A stretch of DNA of 64,000 bases from Lama glama (taxonomy: Eukaryota). Of the stretch, positions 37,380 through 47,490 are shown one piece after another. The stretch is taken from contig CM052817.1 of the NCBI GenBank assembly GCA_028534125.1, forward strand, positions 36,086,001 to 36,150,000. Direction: 5' to 3'. Under the pieces are notes generated by a model, which did no database searches, was not told the DNA's origin, and saw only the letters and a list, made by a program, of their open reading frames with translations. Position numbers and translations under genes: made by a program. Numbering within the stretch: the stretch's first letter is position 1; each line of letters begins with the position of its first letter.

Positions 37380-39360
37380 TTTTTGTATGATTCACATGAA
37401 AACTTGGAAAGTAATATTGTCAGTCTTCTCCAAAATGCTCAAGGATGTAAACAACCTTTTGAACTATGAGTAGGAACCTGTAAGGGGAGAGTAAGTTTAG
37501 AATTTAAAGTCTAGAGACACAGAAAAACAGCTGAAATGAGGGAAAGGGGAGCCTAGAAATGCAGAGATTTTTAAAACTTTGGAAAGCAGTAAAGAGCAGT
37601 GATTTAAAGTAAATCAAGTACGTGATGAAAGCAAAACTTGAGAAGCTTTTCCAAAACGAAAAAGAAAAGAATAAAGAAAAACTGAGAGAAATAATATTAG
37701 CTATGAAGGTCAGAGAGCAGAAAGCCAACCTGAAAATTATGATTCTAAAGAAGAAACCATACTGATAGAAGTAGAAGTGGAAATCAACACTAATATATGC
37801 CCAGCTAATTAAGAGGTAAATCCCAAAAAAATATTTTTAATTAAGCAGTATAAACCTGGTTATAATCATTAGTGGAGGGGCAAAGAAATATTGAAATTCT
37901 AAATCTCTTATATTGTATAGGAGGTAGGAGAGTAGAAGCAGGAAGCAAGAGTTTCAAGGATTTGTTTTGTTTGTTTGTTTTGGTTGTTTTGGGGGGGTTT
38001 ATTTCAGTTTTAATAGTTACAGATATATGGGTGTGAGAGACAACAATTGTGCATAGGATTCCAGTATCCCAAATAACCTCAGAAGATACGCACAAAGACA
38101 GAAATTAAAGGAAAAGGAAGCTCCAAAATTAGAAAACATAAAGCAAAAAACAAAAACTAGAACAAATGTAGCAGCTATGACATTAAGTGTAAATGGGTTA
38201 AATTCTTTGATAAAAGCTAAAAATGGCTTTTTAAAAAATGACTTCTTGAACTATCTTTTGCTTAGAAGAGCTATACCTAACCAAAATGGCACAGAAAGAT
38301 TAATACAGGATTTATCTCTGATACATGTGAACAAAAAGAAAGCAAAGATAGCAATATCAATACCAGAACATCTAGAGTTCAAAGCCAAATCCATTAAACA
38401 GGACAAATCTATTCTTACTTTATTAGGCAGAATCCAGACTAAAGATATAAAGGTTATAAATAATAAGTGTGTATAAAATAGCATTGCATTAAATCATATA
38501 AATTTAAACTCTTCAGTTAACAAAGAAAAACATGTGAACACATTTGAAGTATGTAACATATATACATCTATATGTCTATAACAAGTAAAATTTATAAAAT
38601 AGCACTGAGAATTAGATAAAATTAACACAATTTAAAATAGAGAGTCATTACATATACTAAACTTTGCAACCTACAAATAAGGCTTAAGCATTCCTATTAC
38701 TTTCAAAAACTTACTTGACTATCTCTAAAAGTTCTGGAAGAGTAGAAATATTAGCAGTCACATTTTCTGACCACAGTGTGATTAATAACAAAAAAGTTTC
38801 AATCAATCAATGAAAACTCTCCTAAAGGGAGGAAGAAATTCAAACAGGAAATAAAAACTTCAAGTACAGGAAAAAAAGGGAAAAAATACATATCAAAATT
38901 TGTGGAATGAGATCTAAGCTGTTTTTAAGAGGTAGCTTTGCGTTCTTAAAAAGATTGAAAATGAATGAGCTACACATTCAGAATAAGAATCTCTTTTTTT
39001 TAAAAAAAATTTATTGAAGTCTAATCAGTTTAGTTTACAATGTTGTGAAGAACAAGAAGTTCTAAAAAGGAGAAGAGCAACCTCTTGGAAACCTAAAAGC
39101 ATTTAGTAATAATAAAAGAAAACAGAAAAAAGAGCAAAACTGATGTTTGAATCCAGGAACTTGTTCTTTGGGAGTAAAAATGAAAAGAATAAAAAAACCT
39201 CTGGTAAACTTAAGAAAAGAGAGGTACAGTGCTAATAATCAGAACTGAAGTTTGCTGTGAGGGGAATAGTAGTTTTATAGAGTACTTTGTGCAGTTTTTA
39301 CTGAAAAACATGAAACTCTAGATGAAATTAAAATTTCTGAAATGCATAAACTTTGAGAAG
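37380..39360 (+). mobile_element. Ancient degraded LINE-1, ORF1 end and ORF2 endonuclease region
   Basis: ORF 38177-38476 has MTLSVNGLNSLIK and KKAKIAISI...EFKAKSIKQDK, like the L1 endonuclease TLNVNGLNSPIK / KKAGVAILI. FSDH motif at about 38764, YQNLW-like at about 38891. Many frameshifts. Confidence 0.82.
38990..39048 (-). mobile_element. ~59-bp young LINE-1 3' tip nested in the old L1
   Basis: tttattgaagt...tttacaatgttgtg is the reverse L1 terminus. TSD agaataagaa 38980-38989 / agaacaagaa 39049-39058. Confidence 0.78.
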
Positions 39361-39489
39361 AAAATTTCACTTGAATGCAAAAAATACTATTGTAATCTGT
39401 TCTAATCCTAAAATAATAAATACATGTATAGCCAAAGATTTACATGAATAGCAGCATTATTTGAGGATAAGGATGATGTTTTTTTATTA

Positions 39490-39600
39490 AGGACATAACT
39501 CTGAAGCCACATTACATGAGATAGAATCAGAGCTGAGTAAACTTGAGTGAGATACTAAACCTCTCTGAACCTCAGCTTCCTCATCTGTAAATGCATACTA
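39490..39600 (+). mobile_element. MIR fragment
   Basis: aacctctctgaacctcagcttcctcatctgtaaatg. Confidence 0.75.
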
Positions 39601-41394
39601 TCTATAGTGAACTCTCATTTCATCTAATTTTCTTTATGAAGACCTTGGCCTAGAAATTTAAAAACTCTGAATTTCTTTTTATGTAAAACATGCTAAATAT
39701 GTAAAACTGAAAACTCCAATAATTAGGGCCTGAATGAAGCTGTACAAAACGTATTTTGACATTTTGATGGGCTCTATTTAATTTGTTAGAAAATATTTAA
39801 TAGAGTATTAAGATGCAGGAGTGAAGAATTAAAATAATTTTTTCTTAAAATCAATCCTTATATTTAAAGGAATAGGAGTGTGAATTTCAATAAAGTATGA
39901 GGATAAATATTTTCCTCCTACTGAGTCATATCCTTGTGTGTTTTCAATTTATGTTCTGTATTATATGCATAGTATATAATTTAAAATAAAAATGTGAGGA
40001 TTTTCTTAAATCCTAACGATCTAAACACCACCACAAAACAGTGATGCAATTTTCATCAAAGTCTAAATACCTATAAATGCTCCATTAAATTTCTACGTAT
40101 AATCATAACTAAAAGTTAAAGCAAAGTTAATAAATATTGAGGATTGCGTGTATTTGTTTTAATATAAGATACTGTGGAGAACTAAACTAAAATCATGGAA
40201 ATAGTTTAATTTGGAAATTCGTTATACAATTACAAGGAAATGATATTAGAGTCATCTTACAATGTTAACACTGTGTATCAACTTTTAGTGATTTAAGAAG
40301 ATACTAAAAATACCATATTCTACTAAATAGAAAATTTAAGAGTTTTATTATGTTTTGAAGTTACTTACATGATCTTCATCCTTGTCTTAAACAAACATCA
40401 CATAATTGTCTTTTAAATCCTTACTCATTAAAAAATAGAGAAAATGTAAATATCTTCTGGAGAAAAAGGCTAATTCTCTTTGTCCTAATGGTTCCTATTA
40501 AAACAATATTTTACAGGAAGGATTTTATACATCACAGAAAAGAGAATAAACTGAAGTAAGAGAATAGACAGAAAAGGAGAACACATGCCTCTTCAAGACA
40601 TCTGGTTTCAGTAGATTTGCAAGATTTCTGTATTTCACATCAAGAGATCTAATTAAAAAATAACTTGTCAACAGGCATTCTGTGCATCTTATCACATGCA
40701 AATTTTATAGACTAATATTGCTGAGCATAATCACCTTATGGACATGTTTTGCTAATAGAAATAAAGACTAAATATATTTAACTATGTCATAGACTATATT
40801 TCTAAGTAGGCTTAGAATATATTTTTGAATGACCATTCCAGTAGAAAATTCAGTTGCATTGTCACTTAAGTAGGCTTGGATAATGAAGTTGACCGTAATG
40901 CTGGAGTCTGCACGTGGGCTTCTTAGTTTTGAATCTTTATCAACATTAGGAAATGAACTCTTCCATATTCAAGTGTTTATATTGTGTAAGTAAGAAGTTG
41001 TCTTCACAGATCAGTCAAGGGCTCTGAAAAAATTCACTATTCTTAGCTCTCTGCAGGGGATAAAAAACAATCTACATGTAGATGAAGAAAATCAGTATCT
41101 TTAACTTTGGCTTATTTGCTTATTACCTTTTTGTTAGTGTCTTAGAATTACCTCCATAAGCCAGTTGTAGCAATGGAAGCAGTCCCTGTTTCTGACATTA
41201 AACATTCTTAGAAATCTTGTTATGGATGAATTGTTAAGCCATCCCACAGGAACTATGGAGGTGATTAGATACTTGACCAAAGCCATTTTGGTATCTGATA
41301 AGCCCTAATTATGAGTGACACTGTCATTAAACTAAACATGCAGTTATAACCTTTTGTAATGATTTAAACTTTAGGACAATAAACTTGAATCTGA

Positions 41395-41570
41395 GATAGC
41401 CTTATAAACTTTTAGAGCTAGAAGAAAATCACAGAGATCACTAGCCAAGGCTTTCATTTTCTGTATGAAGAAACCAACCCGAAGCAGCCAAGCTAACCAA
41501 CAATCTGACTATGATTGTAGCTAATTAACTATAGAGCCAAAACCAGAACTTCTCTTTTCTGATTCCCAAT
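41395..41570 (-). mobile_element. MIR fragment
   Basis: tagagctagaagaaaatcacagagatcactag...cattttctgtatgaagaaac. Confidence 0.55.
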
Positions 41571-41984
41571 GGAAAACGTTCTCTTCTCAGAATACGCTCT
41601 TTAGAAAAATTGTATTTTAAAAGCTTGTCAGTATGGACACAATACCACAAATTCCAAAGGACTATTAAGCACAAAAAATACAAATATCACAAATTTGACC
41701 CAAGATCAATGTATTAACAAAAAATATATATGATTTAATTACTTAGTGTTATTGATTTAGTCGCTTATTTTACATCCTGAGAATGGCCCTCTTAGACTGA
41801 TTTAAATAGCTTAGGTCATTTTTTTTTAAGCTCTGAGGGAAATTTTGATGTATTGTCTTTTAACTCAGCTTAGCATAAGTTTTCCAAATCATACCTTCAT
41901 AACTTAGGATGTTTTAAAATGACAATTGTGATATGTAAGTCTTTGAAATATTAAACACTTGAAGTTGCAAGGAGTTGGAGCCTT

Positions 41985-42155
41985 GCTAATCGGTGTCTTC
42001 CAAAGACCAACAGCATCAGAATCACTAGGGAATTTGTTAGAAATGCAGATTCCCAGCTTCCCCTTCCCTAAATCGAAATCTACTGTATCAGAATCTGTGT
42101 TTGAACAAGATCCCAGGAGACTCTGATGCACATTAGAGTCTGAGAAGCAGACTCT
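41985..42155. mobile_element. MER5A-like hAT-Charlie element
   Basis: cagcatcagaatcactagggaatttgttagaaatgcagattc...aacaagatcccaggagactctgatgcacatt. Confidence 0.85.
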
Positions 42156-42789
42156 AATTATTTAGAGAGTTAGGAATCTCAGAACCTGGTCCCATTTGTT
42201 GTCATTTCCTTGTCTCTTTCTTCCTCGCTTTTACATCCTCTCCCCTACCCCCCCAAAAAGAAACATAAAAATATCAGTGTGTGCTTTAATAAGGAAAAGG
42301 AGGTTCGGGTCAAAAGTGTGTAGAAGGGAGGAGAGAAGGAAATACATCTCTTCATTCTGAGATGGCACGGGGAACGATGGGCTAATTATACTTCTATGTC
42401 TTTGGCATGTTTTTAGTATCTATTACAGACCTGTATTCTTTACCCTCTTCTAGGTTCTCCCAGAGTCATTATTCACATTGGCCCCTGCTCCCAAAACCAA
42501 GGTTGTGTAACTGTATTGAGAAGTGGCATACAGGAGTTAATTATACAGTGTTGAATTTGCAGAGGGTGAGCCACAAAGCATCAAAAGCAGGGACAGCCTG
42601 TTCCAGCTAAGGACAGAGAGAAGCAAAGGATTTATTGTTGGTTATGTAACCGGGGAACCTCTATGAATAACAGGCATTGTGAAGCAGAAATGGTTGTAAT
42701 TAAAAGCAAAGTTAAATACCTAAGTCCAGGCGTCCGTACACGAAGATGACTCCAGTGAGTGTTTCTTCCAGTAAGTGATAGATTGAAAG

Positions 42790-43040
42790 TCGAGTGTAGT
42801 GATTAAGAGCTTAGACTCTAAGCTTAAACTTTCTTGGTTCAAATCCCAGCTGATCTACTTTTTGGCTCTATGACTGTGAGCGAGTTACTTAACTCCATGA
42901 AGTAGGTACAATTGTTTTCTTTTCTCTGTTTTCAAATGAAGAGGCTAGAGAGGTTATTGTAAACAGGAAATAAAATCTGTAAAAAAAAAAAATACTTAGC
43001 ACAGTGTCTGAAACATAGCGAGCCCTCAGTAAGTATTAGG
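42790..43040 (+). mobile_element. MIR
   Basis: agtgtagtgattaagagc...ggttcaaatcccagct...cttagcacagtgtctgaaacatag. Confidence 0.8.
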
Positions 43041-44503
43041 GTGTGTTTACTTGTGTGTTCCTTTATTCATTCATTGATTAATGAAGGTTCTTCTCATCAA
43101 TTTCCCTTAAGAACAAAGGCACTCTTTTATGCAGTTTTTCTGGGATTTGCCTGTGGTGTGTGCCCATGACTAGGAGCTATAGCTGTAGCTAAAGGAAATT
43201 GGGGCTAAAAAGTGAGCATCGATCACTTCGGGGATAATGCTTACTATGTTGGGTATGATGAGGGTTGTGGTGGTAGTAGGGAGTGTCATGAAAGAAAGTG
43301 AGAAATAGCCGACAATCCCTGGAGGCACTTAGATTCTGAATGGAAAGGGATGAGCTATGCATGTACGTGAAAGTAAAGCCCAACCAATGGTTCCAAAGCA
43401 ACCGGGTCGTGTGCTGACCCTACTGTAGTCCTGTACAAACAAGGGTGGAGCGATTGGAAGGCAACCATCAATACTGGTCCTTCACAGCTTCTGTTTGCTT
43501 CAGGTGTCTTCTACAAAGAAGGAAGGAAGAGTAGAGAACTATTAGATCTATCAGGCAAAACTGTAGTTTGACATGCACGAAAGATTTTTTTTTTTAAATC
43601 TCTTTTAAACATAGATACTTTTGAATCTTGAGTTAGAAGCCCACTAAGCACTAGAGGGCAGGATGTACTGATACTGATACAATTAAAAGAGCTGCCAGCC
43701 TCCACCCTCACTGTGTTTATGTAAACGAAGAGTGGGAGCAAGAGGGGCGGAGTTCTGAAGCGTGCTAATCAGATGGCATCCTCTTATTTCACCATTTTGT
43801 TTTATACTGACTACATTTTTTTTTTTTTACTGAGTACTTTCTAATACTTTTGAGGAATTCAGGCTTTGGAGAAAATGGGAAAGTAGAGGAAGTTTATAAA
43901 TGTTCAATAAAAGGGCTATAATTTGGTTGTGAAAATGAAACATTCTAGAGCTTGAGGTATTTTCCTAAGATTTTGGAGGAACTTAGGAAGAAAAGTGGCT
44001 TAGATAGAGTCGTGGAGAAAACAGTGTTGATTCTTTATTATCTATCCCCTGTGGCCCCCACTGCATGTTCAGGGCAGTTTTAGGAAGATGCTTCTGGAGG
44101 GAGTGGGCCAGGAGGAGACGGACTTGGGGGGAAGGCTGGAATGGGGTGGGAGTTGGTAGCGGGAGGGCAGTCAGGGGCAGGTGCATTAGCATTTGGGGAA
44201 AATGGAAAGACCCCAAACTAGGGCTGGCAGTAGGGTGAGAGGGAGAGATGATTTCAGTGGGCACTTTTGAAACTGTCTTGGACAGCTTTTAAATGGAGGG
44301 GGAAAACACCGTTCCAGAATAAACACCCAGGGCAACCTCTCCTCTAGAAACAAGCGAAAATCAGCACCTCTCAGTGGATAATTAAGTGTCATGCAAGTGC
44401 CACTCAGGGCCCTGGCTGATACTTCCAGCTCGGGGTCCCCTCACACGTTTGGTTCGCAGTTTCTGATGCTCAGCCTAATCTGACTTCCCTTCTTTTTCCC
44501 CAG

Positions 44504-44545
44504 CGCCCACGTATCCCAAGTCAGCAGTGTGTCGACCACTGGAGA
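44504..44545 (+). CDS. FAM13A: FAM13A 42-nt coding exon ((S)AHVSQVSSVSTTG(E))
   Basis: Branch-like CCTAAT at 44474, pyrimidine tract and cag| acceptor, donor AGA|gtaagt, phase 2-2. Matches recalled AHVPQVSNVSATGE. Confidence 0.92.
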
Positions 44546-44889
44546 GTAAGTGACCTGGATTGGGCTTTTTTCCCTCCCTTTCATTTATTAAGCAGAGAAA
44601 AAAAGGCTATTCTAACGGTGCATGGAAAGAGTAATACAGTAAGCAACCAATGATGACGACCTTTTAAAACTACCCAGAAGAGAGGATGAAATAAGAAGTA
44701 TTTCTGTTTAAGCTTCTGTGTGGCTGTGTGGCTAGAGACCGCTCAGCCATCTGAACATATGAGATTTTTGTTTATTTCAGTCAAAATCAGGTCAGAGTCA
44801 ATTAGACACGCAGCAGTCTGTGCTTTGGGAGGTGTCTTGCAGCAAAGGCCATCAAAGGTTCAAGTATGAACTGTGTCTTTTACTTCTTC

Positions 44890-45545
44890 CTTCGTTCATT
44901 TTAATCAGCCTCCATTCATCAAGTGCCTGCAATATACCAAGCACAGTGCTAGGTGTCTAATGTCAAACAAATAAGCCTTGGGCTCTGCCTTTGGAAATTT
45001 GACAGTCTGATAGGGACCCAGAAAAAGAAGGAAATTAGTGATGGCATTGGGTCCTTTTTCCACAGGGCAGTGGCACTGCTCTGTTATGTCCAGATCATCT
45101 TTTTCATCCTAAGACTACTAATAAAATCTGAACTCCAGGTAGCCGCCCCTGCCTACCTCTCTGACCAGATTGCTCATTGTGCTTTAACCTCATGACCTGT
45201 TTTTCTGTTTTTGGAAAATGACAAACATATCTGTCTCCGAGCTCTCATACTGGCTGTCTATCTGCCTGGCCATTTACTTTCTTATATTTAACCTCATTGT
45301 TCAAATGTCACACCATCCCTGACTGTCCACAGTCAGTCTCCAACCCTGTCCTCTAGTTTCTAGAAAATGTATCCCTATCTGCAATTGCATGTTTCATGTT
45401 CTTTGTTTATCTTGGCTCATAGCAACATAAGCTTCACAAACACAGGGACCTTGTCTGTCCCATTTGTAACTGTAGCCCTAAGACCTAAAAGAGTGCCTGG
45501 CATATTTTAGGCACTAAAGAAGCATTTGTGTATAGTTTGTTGCTC
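44890..45545. mobile_element. Two L2 3' fragments in opposite orientations
   Basis: 44890-45030 antisense (aagtgcctgcaatataccaagcacagtgctagg). 45100-45545 sense (cagggaccttgtctgtc...agagtgcctggcata). Confidence 0.65.
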
Positions 45546-46106
45546 AAAGATTGTCTCTCGCACCCACCTCTCTTCTTCCATTCTTGCTGGGACCGGAATG
45601 GGCTTTTTGGGGACATCTTCCATCAGCAGGGATCAGGTGGGAGAGGAGGGAAGATGTGGTGTGAATGAAGAGGAAGAGAGAAGAATTAGAAGAAGCACCA
45701 GTTGGTATGAATGTGAATCTTTTCCACAGGATGAATTGGGATTCTTTTCCTCCTTTTTGTTAGGTGAGGAGGCAATCAAGAGGGCAGGTGTGACCTTTCT
45801 TTATCTTTGTGAATTTTAAAGAGATTCCACAATTATACCAAGACTGACGTGTTCTTGCCTGTTTATTTCCTAATAACCTTTACTTGTTACATGTCTTGTA
45901 TAGCATTTGGAAAAGGTGTGAATTTGGTATGTACGATATATTAATGAATTCACATTCCCTTGTGCTGTTATTAGGTAATCTCCAGTCACTGGGATGTAGA
46001 GTTTAAAGCCCAAGTCAGACTGTACTTGCTCATTGTCTTAAAATAGTTTTAATGAAATTACTATGAGTCTATTATAAAACTACATTTGGAAGACTAACAT
46101 TCTTAA

Positions 46107-46227
46107 GTTTTTTGGTTGGGGGAAAGGAAATTAGCTTTATTTAATTTATTTTTTTAATGGAGTTACTGGGGATTGAACCCAGGACCTCGTACATGCTAAG
46201 CACACATCCTACCACTGAGCCCTCCCC
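46107..46227 (-). mobile_element. tRNA-derived SINE resembling camelid Vic-1, with 11-bp TSD
   Basis: Reverse complement reads GGGGAGGGCTCAGTGGTAGGATGTGTGCTTAGCATGTACGAGGTCCTGGGTTCAATCCCCAGT plus an A-rich tail. B box GGTTCAATCC. TSD AACATTCTTAA at 46096-46106 and 46228-46238. Confidence 0.88.
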
Positions 46228-46321
46228 AACATTCTTAAATTTTCAAAACCCATTTTATTTAACTGAATGTGTTTTTCCAACCTGACCATTTAAAAAATTG
46301 TGTGTGGTTTTTTAAAAAAAA

Positions 46322-46405
46322 ACTTTAACAGCTTTATTGAGGTATAATTGATATACAAAAAACTACACGCATATTTAATGTATACAAATTTAATGAGTTT
46401 GGATG
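46322..46405 (-). mobile_element. Short L1MB-like 3' fragment
   Basis: aacagctttattgaggtataattgatatacaaaaaactacac...gatgagttt-like end. Confidence 0.7.
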
Positions 46406-46661
46406 TGATTCTTTTTTAAGTGAAGGAAAACGTGCTTTGAGGACTATCGGTGTAGAATTTTTCCACGTCTGCTTCTTCAGAAATAGTGAGGTGATAAAAG
46501 AGGGCTTAGACACACTGAAAGATTATATAGCTTTAAAAATGATCCCTTATCTATCTTATCCTGCACTCTTTCCAGCTCCTGTGCTTACCCCAGGTTGAAT
46601 AAAATAAATATCCTTTCATCTTCAGTAATATATATTGGGGTGTTTGCATGAATACAGCTTC

Positions 46662-46664
<3 letters not shown>

Positions 46665-46724
<60 letters not shown>
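46665..46724 (+). repeat. (TA)30 microsatellite
   Basis: Read directly, uninterrupted. Confidence 0.97.
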
Positions 46725-46728
<4 letters not shown>

Positions 46729-47310
46729 AATGTAATTGAATGGAGGTTCAGGAAGATTTTTGCCATTCTGTTACGAGTAGTAATGGTTCTGGTGAGGTGT
46801 TCTTTTTTAATAGCCTTATTCACTATATGATTTTATCCTAAAGGGACTCCGAATAGATAACGGGCATCATAAAATTATTTGTGCCAGTTTGCTTTGTAAG
46901 TCACACTGTTTTCCTCTGCAGAACTGGTATGAAATTTGGAGGAAACTTGCCTTTGTAAGAATAAGTTCATTATTATTCTATGAGGAAAAAAAATCTTTCC
47001 TCATTCCCTATTTCCTGAATGCCTCCTGTAACTGTTGCTAGACCTGCTCTGATGACTTCAGTAATCCTGGACTCACAAAAATGACATGTACCATTGTTGT
47101 ATTGGTGGAATTTATTCAGTTTACTTTTGCTTTTGACACACAGTACAAATACTGGGGATTAATGCCTCGTATTCTGTCTGTGCTCATGAAATTGTAGTAG
47201 ATGTTCCAGTGGAAATGCTGTTATTTCCAAAATCACGGGAACACATTTTTAAAGGCAGTCATTGATAAGTTTGATTACCTGATAGACTCTGTATTTTTTT
47301 TTTTTACCAG

Positions 47311-47490
47311 ACTCTTGGAAAGAACCATCCGGTCAGCTGTAGAACAGCATCTTTTTGATGTTAACAGCTCAGGAAGCCAAAGTTCAGAGGACTCGGAATC
47401 TGGGGCATCATCCGCATCTTCGTCCACATCTACCAAACAGCGCCGACGCCAGTCCAAGGAGCAGGATGGAGTTCGACACGGCAGAGATGT
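47311..47490 (+). CDS. FAM13A: FAM13A 180-nt coding exon (LLERTIRSAVEQHLFDVNSSGSQSSEDSESG...RHGRD(V))
   Basis: Poly-T tract plus ccag| acceptor, donor TGT|gtgagt. Lies inside ORF 47201-47494 and contains the FAM13-family motif LLERTIRSAVEQHLFD. Confidence 0.96.

Noticed and set aside
38177..38476. ORF with endonuclease-like start as an active or domesticated gene
   Set aside because: Degenerate L1 ORF2 remnant with frameshifts, stops and a nested insertion nearby.
43478..43560. Acceptor-like tttgcttcag| as an extra exon
   Set aside because: No matching strong donor and no recognisable FAM13A peptide.
46150..46227. Possible tRNA gene
   Set aside because: The A-rich tail, TSD and damaged A box identify it as a SINE.
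47201..47310. Upstream ATG extension of the 180-nt exon ORF
   Set aside because: Intronic; it contains the poly-T acceptor tract, and protein similarity starts at 47311.
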